Positions 18,592 to 27,220 of a stretch of 37,008 nucleotides of DNA are shown here, in pieces. Position 1 is the stretch's first letter. The number at the start of each line of letters is the position of its first letter. Position numbers and translations under genes: made by a program. The notes beneath the pieces are model-generated. The model did not search any database. It was not told the origin of the DNA and saw nothing but the letters and a program-made list of their open reading frames with translations. The DNA comes from Candidatus Udaeobacter sp. (GTDB lineage: Bacteria; Verrucomicrobiota; Verrucomicrobiia; Chthoniobacterales; UBA10450): positions 1-37,008 of the forward strand of contig DATASP010000152.1 of assembly GCA_036269155.1 (NCBI GenBank). Direction: 5' to 3'.

Positions 18592-20511
18592 GTGCACCGT
18601 ATCAATTCTATATCAATCGCTCTCCCCAAAACAAGTCGCCGCTGGCTAACTGTCTGCGTTTGCACGTCTCTTCTAGTGCTTACGTGGATTGTTTTTGGCC
18701 AAACCCTTTGGCACGACTTTATCAACTACGATGATCCGCGTTACATTTATGAAAACACAAAAATAACCGGCGGCCTCAGCCTGAGCGGCATTGCCTGGGC
18801 ATTCACTCATATTCATTCCATGAACTGGCACCCGCTGACCACGATTTCCCACATGCTCGACTGCCAGCTATATGGGTTGAAGGCAGGAGCTCACCATTTC
18901 ACAAATGTCTTGCTGCACTCGATCGCGGCGATCCTTCTGTTTCTCACTCTCCAATATATGACTGAAGCGTTTTGGCGAAGCGCTTTCGTGGCGGCGGTGT
19001 TTGCTATCCATCCATTGCGAGTGGAATCGGTTGCCTGGATAGCGGAGCGAAAGGATGTGCTCAGCGGCGTTTTCTTCATGTTAACTCTGCTCGCATACGT
19101 TCATTACGCTCGCGCACCATCGATCTGGCGCTATTTAATGGTAGTATTTGGGTTTGCCCTCGGTCTGATGTCCAAGCCGATGCTGGTGACGCTGCCCTTC
19201 GTGCTGTTACTTCTGGATTACTGGCCGCTGGGAAGAATTAGAGAAGAGGGATCAAAAGTCGGGCGTCAGCTCTTTAAGCTGGCTGTGGAAAAGATTCCGC
19301 TGATCGTGCTTTCCGCTGTTTCCAGTGTCGTCACGTTCGTCGCTCAGAAAGGCGCGGTCGGCGAAACTGAACAGTTGTCGGTATTGGCCCGATTCAACAA
19401 TGCAGTGGTGAGCTACGTGATTTACGTGCGGCAAATGTTTTGGCCAGCAAACCTTGCGGTATTCTACCCCCACCCTGAAAATCGGTTGCCACCGTGGGAA
19501 ATCATTTTTGCCCTGGCCGTTCTCCTTGGCATTACCATAACAGCGGCTGTTCTGCGAAAGAAAGCGCCGTATTTCATCATGGGTTGGTTCTGGTATCTGG
19601 GGATGCTTGTTCCAGTAATCGGGTTGGTACAAGTAGGATGGCAGGGGCATGCCGATCGATATACATATCTGCCACAGATCGGCCTTTACATTGCTGGCAC
19701 CTGGGCGTTTGCCGATTTGACTGCTTCGTGGCGCAGCCGACGCGTACTTTTGGGCGCTGCTGCGCTGCTCGTGGTTGCCGCGTTAAGTTGTAGCGCCTGG
19801 ATACAAACTTCTTACTGGTCCGATAGCGAAACATTGTTTAGGCATGCCCTTGCGGTAACCGCAAACAACGATGTCGCCGAAAACAACCTTGGCATCGTCT
19901 TTTTGCAAAAAGGTAAAGTGGACCAGGCTATCTCGCTGCTGCAAGCAGCGGTGGATCTCCGCCCCGACAATAGCCCTGCCCATGAGAACCTTGCCAAGGC
20001 CCTTCTTCAAAAGGGTCAAGTAGCCGATGCCCTGGTTCACTATCGCAAATTACTCGAGCTGCAGCCCGATAATATAGAAGTCCATAACATTGTGGGCACG
20101 GTTCTGATCCAGCAGGGTCGCATCAGGGAGGGTGTCGAAGAATGGCAGAAGGTGTTGGCGATTCAACCCGACAACGGAAACGCGATGAGTAACCTCGCTT
20201 GGGTATTCGCAACCTCGCCAGAGGACTCGGTTCGCGATGGTGCGCAAGCGGTTCAACTGGCCGAGCAGGCCCTGCGCATTTCTGGAGGGCGAATCCCGGT
20301 GATCTTTCGCACCCTGGCGGCCGCCTATGCAGAGAAAGGCATGTTCGCACGGGCGATTCAAACTGCACAGCGCGGCATTGAACTAGCCAATGGCCAGGGC
20401 AACAGTGGTCTCGCTGCCGAACTCCAGACTAATATCGGTCTATACCAAGATGAGAAACCACTGCGCGATCCTAGCCTAGCAAATGGCAGCTCGTCGCCCC
20501 ATAGTGAATAA
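18592..20511 (+). CDS. TMTC-like GT-C/TPR protein (paralogue P2, type B)
   Basis: Motifs: VFGQTLWHDFINYDDPRYIYEN, NWHPLTTISHMLDCQLYGLKAGAHHFTN, HPLRVESVAWIAERKDVLSGVFFMLTLLAY. TPRs and the shared C-terminal module follow. GTG start. Confidence 0.85.
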   Translation: MHRINSISIALPKTSRRWLTVCVCTSLLVLTWIVFGQTLWHDFINYDDPRYIYENTKITGGLSLSGIAWAFTHIHSMNWHPLTTISHMLDCQLYGLKAGAHHFTNVLLHSIAAILLFLTLQYMTEAFWRSAFVAAVFAIHPLRVESVAWIAERKDVLSGVFFMLTLLAYVHYARAPSIWRYLMVVFGFALGLMSKPMLVTLPFVLLLLDYWPLGRIREEGSKVGRQLFKLAVEKIPLIVLSAVSSVVTFVAQKGAVGETEQLSVLARFNNAVVSYVIYVRQMFWPANLAVFYPHPENRLPPWEIIFALAVLLGITITAAVLRKKAPYFIMGWFWYLGMLVPVIGLVQVGWQGHADRYTYLPQIGLYIAGTWAFADLTASWRSRRVLLGAAALLVVAALSCSAWIQTSYWSDSETLFRHALAVTANNDVAENNLGIVFLQKGKVDQAISLLQAAVDLRPDNSPAHENLAKALLQKGQVADALVHYRKLLELQPDNIEVHNIVGTVLIQQGRIREGVEEWQKVLAIQPDNGNAMSNLAWVFATSPEDSVRDGAQAVQLAEQALRISGGRIPVIFRTLAAAYAEKGMFARAIQTAQRGIELANGQGNSGLAAELQTNIGLYQDEKPLRDPSLANGSSSPHSE

Positions 20512-22576
20512 GAGCAAGCGCCAGTTTGGCGAGCATCACAGCGGCTTACCAAGATGCGTTCGCAGTCGTCGCATAACGATTGTTATATACCTGTTTCTTA
20601 TCGCAATCAGCGTGGCCGTATTCGGCCAAACAGTCCGTTACGATTTCGTTAATTTCGACGACGACTTATACGTCTATAAGGCACCTGCGATTCAGGCCGG
20701 ATTGAGTGTAAAAGGGCTGGCGCTTGCCTTTACCAGCCCACACGCGCGCAACTGGCATCCACTGACGACCATTTCGCACATGCTGGATTGCCAGCTATAC
20801 GGTTTAAAGGCTGGGGGCCATCATGCAACCAACGTGGTGTTGCATACCATTGCAGTGCTGTTGCTCTTCCGGGTGCTGTGGCAAATGACCGGCGCAGTGT
20901 GGAAGAGTGCCACTGTCGCGGCGCTATTCGCGGTTCACCCACTCCATGTTGAATCAGTGGCATGGGTGAGCGAACGAAAAGACGTTCTAAGCGCCGTCTT
21001 TTTTTTACTCATGCTGGGGGCATACTTTCGTTACACACGCGCACGGTCTGTAACGCGTTATCTGGCGGTTGCTGTGTTATTCGTGGCCGGGCTCATGTCC
21101 AAGCCAATGCTGGTAAGCGCCCCCGTTATCCTTCTTCTTTTGGATTACTGGCCACTACGTCGCTTTGAACAACTTTCGTTAACAAAAGAGAGAGGTAAAA
21201 CCGCAAAATCCGGTGATCAATGGCGCGTAAGACGAGACCTTTTCTTAGAAAAAGTTCCCTTGCTCGCTATCGCCGCGGCTTCGTGTGTCATCACATTTAT
21301 GCTGCAGAAACGGGCTACTGGTGCGATCCCGCCGCTGCCGCTCCTCTGGCGCATGGAAAACGCGGTCGTGACTTACGTGATTTATGTCTGGAAAACATTG
21401 TGGCCGACACGCCTCGCCGTTTTTTATCCTCATCCAAACGATACCCCGACAATTTGGGAAATTCTTCTCGCGATCGGACTGCTTCTCGCAATGACTATCG
21501 CAGCAATCGTTTTCCGAAGGAAACGACCGTATCTCTTCACCGGATGGTTCTGGTATGTCGGTATGCTCGTCCCCGTAGTTGGTATCGTTCAGGTTGGAGA
21601 ACAAGGCCATGCCGACCGCTATACCTACCTTCCTCACATCGGTCTGTTTTTGCTCGCAGTGTGGCTCGTCGCTGATGTGACTGCAGTGTCCCAACGACGC
21701 TCACGGGTTGCTGTGGCATCCGCGGTAATAATCATCGTTGGCCTGGCGTGGGCTTCATTCATTCAGACTTCGTACTGGCGCAACAGCGAGACTCTTTGGA
21801 CCCATGCTCTTGCCGTGACTTCTAATAACGATGTTGCCCACAATAATCTCGGGTACCTCTGCGCCGAACGTGGAGAACTGGACAAGGCGATCTCTCACTT
21901 TGAGGCCGCGTTAAGGATTAGGTCCAAGAAGCGGGATCCGCATTACAGCGTCGGTTCAGCTTTTGTGCAAGTAAACCTCGCCGACGCTCTGGGCCGAAAA
22001 GGACAGCCAGATGAAGCCATGGTTCACTATGGGGAGGCGATAAAATTGCTACCGAATTATGCGGATGCCTATTACGACCGCGGGAACATTCTTTTTGCAG
22101 AAGACCGTGTCGATGAAGCAATGGCAGATTGGGAGAAGACTCTCCAGATACGACCTGATGACGCGGATGCCCATACCTGCCTTGGTAACGCTCTCTTGCG
22201 GCGAGGTTCGGTTAAGGAGGCGGTCGCCCACTACGAAAACGCAATAGCCTTGGCTCCTGAAGATCCCCATTCTCGCATCAACGTTGCCTGGGTGTTGGCA
22301 ACTGCTGCCGATGCGTCCATCCGTGATGGCATCAAAGCGGTTGAGTTCGCTCAGCAGGCAATGGAGCTTTCAGGGGGCAAAGATCCTAACTTCCTCCGGG
22401 CGCTCGCAGCTGCTTATGCCGAGACTGGCCGGTTCCCTGAGGCGATCACGACCGCTAAACAAGCAATACTTATAGCTACCATGCAAGGCAACTCCCGGTT
22501 CGCGAAAGTTCTTGAGGAGGACGTTGGGCTTTACCGCGACCATGTTCCGCTTCGCGCATCAAAGTCCGCCGATTAG
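20483..22576 (+). CDS. TMTC-like GT-C/TPR protein (paralogue P3, type B)
   Basis: Motifs: VFGQTVRYDFVNFDDDLYVY, NWHPLTTISHMLDCQLYGLKAGGHHATN, HPLHVESVAWVSERKDVLSAVFFLLMLGAY. TPRs and the shared C-terminal module follow. The ATG at 20483 overlaps the P2 end by 29 nt; an alternative GTG at 20504 would overlap by 8 nt. Confidence 0.85.
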   Translation: MAARRPIVNKSKRQFGEHHSGLPRCVRSRRITIVIYLFLIAISVAVFGQTVRYDFVNFDDDLYVYKAPAIQAGLSVKGLALAFTSPHARNWHPLTTISHMLDCQLYGLKAGGHHATNVVLHTIAVLLLFRVLWQMTGAVWKSATVAALFAVHPLHVESVAWVSERKDVLSAVFFLLMLGAYFRYTRARSVTRYLAVAVLFVAGLMSKPMLVSAPVILLLLDYWPLRRFEQLSLTKERGKTAKSGDQWRVRRDLFLEKVPLLAIAAASCVITFMLQKRATGAIPPLPLLWRMENAVVTYVIYVWKTLWPTRLAVFYPHPNDTPTIWEILLAIGLLLAMTIAAIVFRRKRPYLFTGWFWYVGMLVPVVGIVQVGEQGHADRYTYLPHIGLFLLAVWLVADVTAVSQRRSRVAVASAVIIIVGLAWASFIQTSYWRNSETLWTHALAVTSNNDVAHNNLGYLCAERGELDKAISHFEAALRIRSKKRDPHYSVGSAFVQVNLADALGRKGQPDEAMVHYGEAIKLLPNYADAYYDRGNILFAEDRVDEAMADWEKTLQIRPDDADAHTCLGNALLRRGSVKEAVAHYENAIALAPEDPHSRINVAWVLATAADASIRDGIKAVEFAQQAMELSGGKDPNFLRALAAAYAETGRFPEAITTAKQAILIATMQGNSRFAKVLEEDVGLYRDHVPLRASKSAD

Positions 22577-22643
22577 ATCCCCTAGCGAACGGTTACTTGC
22601 ATGAGCGACTCAGTCATGCGTGCGCGCAAGCGTGTCTGCTTAG

Positions 22644-24923
22644 CTATCTAGCTTGCTTGTGATAAGGCTGCCCCGATTCATAGAGCGCGATCTCTCTTCG
22701 AAGGAAATCGCTTAATGCGGCGTTTCCCTGGTCATCGGCGGCTTGCAAGGCTTCATGGGCTGTCGCTTTAGCTTCCGAAAAGCGGCCAGCTTCCGCATAA
22801 GCAGCAGCCAGAATCCGCAGAGCAAGTGGCCTCTTCCCATCCGATGAGCGACTGGCCTGCTCAGCCAGGAGAACCGCTTCCGGACCGTTTCTAAGCGACG
22901 GATCCGGCGACGTCGCTAGCAGCCACGCGAGGTTACTTTGCGCGGCAACATTTTCCGGTGCGAGGGTAAGCGCCTCTTTGTATTGCCCAATCGCTTCGGC
23001 AATGCGGCCTTTCGCCAGAAGGGCGCTGCCCAAGTTTGCATGCGCGTCCGCGTTCCCCGGAAGCAACTCCAACGCTTTTTCGTAGTGTATAATAGCTTCG
23101 TCGATCCGCCCTTTGCGAAGGAGTGCGCTCGCCAGATTGTATTGCGCTTCAGCCTGATCTGGCGCTTGAGCCAGGCACATCGAATAACGGGCGATCGCGT
23201 CGTCTAGGTCGCCCGGCAGTTGCCGGACGATAAGCGCATTTGCCAAGTTGCACGCTGCGGCCGCGTAACCCGGCCAGATCGCCAACGCCTTCTGATAGTG
23301 AACAATCGCATCGTCCACGCGACCCATGCCAAAGAGCGTGACGCCAAGGTTGTTGTGCGTCTCGGGATCGGCGGGACTTATCTTCAACGCCTTTTCATAA
23401 TGCTCGATCGCATCATCAAGCTGGCCTTTCTCAACCAGACACCGGGCGAGATTGTAATGCGCTTCGGCGTAATTCGGCCGCAACGCGAAGGCCTGTCGAT
23501 AATGCTCCAACGCCTGATCGACGTCGCCCTGCTCACGCAGAATGATCCCCAGATTGTAATGCGCCATCCAGCAGCCGGGATTTTTTTGCAGTGTTGCTGT
23601 GTACAGCGTAACAAGATCATGGTAAACGGCAGTCTGGCGCCAAGTCAAAAAAACGAGCGATAGCAGAAATATCCCCGGGATTGCCGGAAGCAGAAGCGAT
23701 TTTGATCTAACCACGGCGATGTTACCGGGAAATTGTAGAGCGGCTGTGTCAGCTCGCGAAGGCTTTCGGAGTTCACCGAAACGCCCTACAGCAGTTACAA
23801 TCGCAGCACCAGCGAGTGCGAGAGGTCCCATGCTTGCCAGATATTGAAAGTGATCGCTCACAAAGGAGTAGCGGAAGAAAAAGACGTCGAAAAAGCCGAG
23901 CACCGGAAATAGCGAGACGACATAGTAAGCGGCGGCAAAGAACAGAGCACGGCCCGATTTTGCACGGATAAACCACAACGCAACCAGCCCGGCTATTGCT
24001 GCCAGCAACGGGAGATACGCAACGACTTTCGACGAATCAACGTCCCACCGTGGATATATGAAGATCAGAGGATGCGGCCACGCCAGTTTGCCGAGGTAGA
24101 ACCAAATGGCTTTACCCGCGATGATAAGGCGTTCGGGCCGGGTCTGCGCCCAATCACCTCCAATCGCACCCGCGTGAAATTTCTGTTCGAAAACCGTCCA
24201 GATGCTGGCAACTGCCGATATCAACGCAAATGGAACAAGCGCCAAAAAATCACGCCTTTGGATTCGTTCTCTTCGCCACCAGATACAAAGTGCGAGCACA
24301 ATAGGCAACATGACCGTGGACGGCTTGCTCAGAATCGCGAGCAGAAAGAAAAGCAGAGATAAAGCGATAACCAAGGAGCGGCGGTCCGTAGTCTCCCGCT
24401 GGGACGGTCGAGAAACGGCGCCGCCTTGATCCTCCCATTTCAAAAAGAAAAGGATCGAGAGCAGATAAAATACACCGGACTGCGTGTTTTTCAGTTCAGT
24501 CACCCATGCGACTGATTGCACCATGACTGGGTGTATAGCCCACAGGGCAGCTCCAAGCCACGCGCCGCGAACGTTAAGTTGCCGCAAGACCCGCCAGAGC
24601 AAAATCGCCGAAACGGCGTGCATCAACACGTTGAGGATGTGATACGGCAGCGGATTTAAGCCGACGAACTTGTGCAACGCCCAAAACGTCGTCAGGACGA
24701 GCGGATAATAGACAGCTTGCGTCGTAGTCCAGATTTCCTTCAGGCCGAGCGGGCCGACGACGCAAGGATTCTGCGTCAGATGCGATTCATCGTCCCAAAT
24801 GAAGCCGGCCCGAAATACCTGGGCGTACGCAATAAAAACGAGAGGAATGAGAAGCAGCGCCCACAACCACTCGCGTCTCCAACGGGAGACACCAATTTCA
24901 CGAACTGGCACAAATTGATTCAA
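22644..24923 (-). CDS. TMTC-like GT-C/TPR protein (paralogue P4, type A)
   Basis: Motifs: FRAGFIWDDESHLTQN, HPVMVQSVAWVTELKNTQSGVFYLLSILFF. About 7 TPRs plus the shared C-terminal module. TTG start at 24923, preceded by AAGGTGA. It lies 47 nt downstream of the His-rich TPR gene on the same strand. Confidence 0.85.
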   Translation of the reverse strand: MNQFVPVREIGVSRWRREWLWALLLIPLVFIAYAQVFRAGFIWDDESHLTQNPCVVGPLGLKEIWTTTQAVYYPLVLTTFWALHKFVGLNPLPYHILNVLMHAVSAILLWRVLRQLNVRGAWLGAALWAIHPVMVQSVAWVTELKNTQSGVFYLLSILFFLKWEDQGGAVSRPSQRETTDRRSLVIALSLLFFLLAILSKPSTVMLPIVLALCIWWRRERIQRRDFLALVPFALISAVASIWTVFEQKFHAGAIGGDWAQTRPERLIIAGKAIWFYLGKLAWPHPLIFIYPRWDVDSSKVVAYLPLLAAIAGLVALWFIRAKSGRALFFAAAYYVVSLFPVLGFFDVFFFRYSFVSDHFQYLASMGPLALAGAAIVTAVGRFGELRKPSRADTAALQFPGNIAVVRSKSLLLPAIPGIFLLSLVFLTWRQTAVYHDLVTLYTATLQKNPGCWMAHYNLGIILREQGDVDQALEHYRQAFALRPNYAEAHYNLARCLVEKGQLDDAIEHYEKALKISPADPETHNNLGVTLFGMGRVDDAIVHYQKALAIWPGYAAAACNLANALIVRQLPGDLDDAIARYSMCLAQAPDQAEAQYNLASALLRKGRIDEAIIHYEKALELLPGNADAHANLGSALLAKGRIAEAIGQYKEALTLAPENVAAQSNLAWLLATSPDPSLRNGPEAVLLAEQASRSSDGKRPLALRILAAAYAEAGRFSEAKATAHEALQAADDQGNAALSDFLRREIALYESGQPYHKQAR

Positions 24924-24970
24924 CAGTCAGCTTCACCTTATCGAATTCGTGTCAATTCGCGCAATTCGCG

Positions 24971-26902
24971 TCACGGAGACTGAGCGTTACTCTCTTTGGC
25001 AACGCGCAGGTTTTCCTCGGCCTCTGGAAAATCAGGATGGAGGCGTAGCGCTTCTTCGAATTGTGCAATCGCTTGGGAAACGTTGCCCTCGCGCATGAGG
25101 ACCCGTCCAAGATAATTATGCGGTTGAGCAAGTTTCGGGTTGAGATTGGATGCCTTCTGAAAATGTTCCTTTGCTTCGGATAGATCTCCGTTATCAAAAA
25201 TCAAACTTCCGAGGTCGATATGAGCATCGACCAAACGGGGATCGAGTTGCAGAGACTGGCGGTAATGCGCAATTGCTTCCTCGATTTTGCCATGTTTTTC
25301 CAGGAACGCGCCATAGCTGTAGTGAGCTTGGGCGGACTTGGGGGCGAGTCGGATGGAAGCTTCGGATTCGGCAGCCGCTTGATCGTCGTGACCGAGTTGC
25401 TCCAGAAGATAAGCATAGCCTGAGTGATACTCGGCATTGTTGGGCTCAATGCGCAACGCTTGTTCAAAATGCGTTTGCGCGTCGTCCAATTTTCCTTGCT
25501 CCATTAGGAGGCCTGCCAGATTAACGTGGCCTTTCGCTGAGCCGGGATTCAAACGGAGCGCTTCGGAAAAATGTCCGGCTGCCTCATCGGTTCGTCCAGC
25601 CTCTTGCAAAGCCGTCGCGTAATTGAAATGCGCTCGCACACTGGACGGAAGATCAGCAACGATCGCGGATAGACGCTCAAGTTTACCCTGGGCAGAACGC
25701 ACCTCAGTGAACCAAAGAGCTACAAGAGGTATTACAAAAACCGCTACCCATTTCGCGCCGTGCAAAGCCCAACTCGGCAAAAAGGCGTTTTTTGAAGGAT
25801 CAGTGGCTCCGCCGGTGATGCCGAGAGATTGTCGCGTCGACTTCTCACGAACCTTCCAAATGAAGCCGTCGTAGTAAAAATGGAGCAATGCCGACGCGGT
25901 CACCACGCCGGTTAAAATGCGCTTAACGGCATCGATGCCGACATATGATTTGGACAGGCTCAGCCCACCGTAGGCGAGCACCAAGCCTACATAAACGCCT
26001 ACGAGCGCGCCACTGCGGCGGAACACGAAACGCATAAACCCACCGATCGATCTGTCGCTCTCGACTCGTTTACGGTTATAGATCCACACCAGCGAGAGGT
26101 ACTGCACATCGTGGAACACTTCGAATAACGCGATGCCGACGAGGACGCTGGCTACGATGTTGTTGCAGTACCACCAAAAGGAAATGCTCGTGACAAGAAG
26201 CACCAGCTTGACCGGGCTCGGGCGCTTTCCTTGCGTCCACATCCAGACGAAATTCACCAGGAATACACCTGAAATGGCCAAAGCCAACGCCAGCAGCCCT
26301 TGCTGCGCTGCCCGAAGGAGTGCCGGCGGAATAAAAGGTCCTCCGGCCGCATAATAACTTTCCAAGGTATCGGTCATCCGCTGCGGCGAAAGAAGCACAG
26401 CGGTCGCAAACCAGATGCCGCACACGGCGAAATCAAGGCGTCGCGTTAGCTCCGCGAAGGAGCCAACCTTCGCGTCGTAGATGCGGCAGAACCCGTATGT
26501 TTGCATCATTCCATGCCAAACGCCCCAGACAAACGCGACAAGCACGATGCCTTTGAGGTCCCACAGAGAAAAAGCTGCGCAAACCACTACGAGGAAAACC
26601 GGTGCGAAAATGAATCGGTATCGGAAACGCTGAAACAAGGCGCGGTCACCGTAGGCGCGAATCATACCTGGCAAGTGGTGCCCCATCGCACCGAACGCGG
26701 CGACAAAAAGATAAATGTCTTCGGCCGCCCAGAGTCCCTGGGCCCCGACAAAGATGGGCACCAGCAAGAGCGGCGTACAGACGTAGAGAATCAAGTCGCG
26801 CCAACTGTCCAGAATCCACACATTAGGCTTGCGTCCAGCGGCTGCCGGACCAGGCACAGCCGGGACAGTTTGCGGAGATGAGAATGCAGAAACGTGCTGC
26901 AT
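24971..26902 (-). CDS. Uncharacterised His-rich 11-TM membrane domain fused to about 7 C-terminal TPRs
   Basis: 643 aa. The membrane domain (aa about 30-400) carries GHHLPGMIRAYGD (H75, H76), WGVWHGMMQTYG (H130), LFEVFHDVQY (E261, H264, D265) and LLHFYYDGFIWK (H341, D345). It lacks the loop-1 DD/DE and DUF1736 blocks of the neighbouring paralogues. TPRs run from about aa 420 to the end, and the shared C-terminal module is absent. Confidence 0.8.
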   Translation of the reverse strand: MQHVSAFSSPQTVPAVPGPAAAGRKPNVWILDSWRDLILYVCTPLLLVPIFVGAQGLWAAEDIYLFVAAFGAMGHHLPGMIRAYGDRALFQRFRYRFIFAPVFLVVVCAAFSLWDLKGIVLVAFVWGVWHGMMQTYGFCRIYDAKVGSFAELTRRLDFAVCGIWFATAVLLSPQRMTDTLESYYAAGGPFIPPALLRAAQQGLLALALAISGVFLVNFVWMWTQGKRPSPVKLVLLVTSISFWWYCNNIVASVLVGIALFEVFHDVQYLSLVWIYNRKRVESDRSIGGFMRFVFRRSGALVGVYVGLVLAYGGLSLSKSYVGIDAVKRILTGVVTASALLHFYYDGFIWKVREKSTRQSLGITGGATDPSKNAFLPSWALHGAKWVAVFVIPLVALWFTEVRSAQGKLERLSAIVADLPSSVRAHFNYATALQEAGRTDEAAGHFSEALRLNPGSAKGHVNLAGLLMEQGKLDDAQTHFEQALRIEPNNAEYHSGYAYLLEQLGHDDQAAAESEASIRLAPKSAQAHYSYGAFLEKHGKIEEAIAHYRQSLQLDPRLVDAHIDLGSLIFDNGDLSEAKEHFQKASNLNPKLAQPHNYLGRVLMREGNVSQAIAQFEEALRLHPDFPEAEENLRVAKESNAQSP

Positions 26903-27047
26903 ACTTTAGCGGAACCAAGTCTTCCTCAAACCGCGGCGAAAATCAATCCTTAGATCATTCTCAACCGCTGCTGACAATGAATGGACACGAAGTTCATTTC
27001 TTGCTTCGCGAGCGAATCGCAATTTCGAAGTCCGCCGTTGGGTTACT

Positions 27048-27144
27048 GTGAACTATCCTGCTCCGTGCCGTAGAATCCTTTCTTCAGCCCGCGTATCAGA
27101 ACCAGACCTTTATTCGTAGCCAACGATACATGATCGCCATTGTG
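27048..27144 (-). pseudogene. Decayed 3'-end remnant of a TonB-dependent receptor gene, paralogous to the 3' end of 29679..32930
   Basis: 27048-27140 (gtgaactatcctgctccgtgccgtagaatcctttcttcagcccgcgtatcagaaccagaccttt...) aligns with 29656-29745 (gtgaattatcctgctttgtgctttagaatcgcttcttcagcccgacgtaccagaaccggccttt...) at roughly 75-80% identity. The remnant translates HNGDHVSLATNKG..GLKKGF, against ENGYDESIATIKGRFWYVGLKKRF* in the intact gene. The stop codon is lost and there is a compensating +1/-1 indel pair. Confidence 0.6.
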
Positions 27145-27220
27145 CCGGCCGCGACCGCCTGCTGGTGATTTGATAGATCTAGTGCCGTAGGCTACACGTG
27201 GTCGATTTAGTCTTTAGGAA

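Noticed and set aside
22599-22619. Hairpin gcatga-N9-tcatgc between the convergent P3 and P4 genes
   Set aside because: The stem is 6 bp with no adjacent T-tract on either strand, which is too weak to call a terminator.
26976-26998. Inverted repeat aatgaa-N11-ttcatt in the divergent promoter region between the His-rich TPR gene and P5
   Set aside because: The arms are only 6 bp and AT-rich, which is easily expected by chance in 318 nt. There is no second copy elsewhere.
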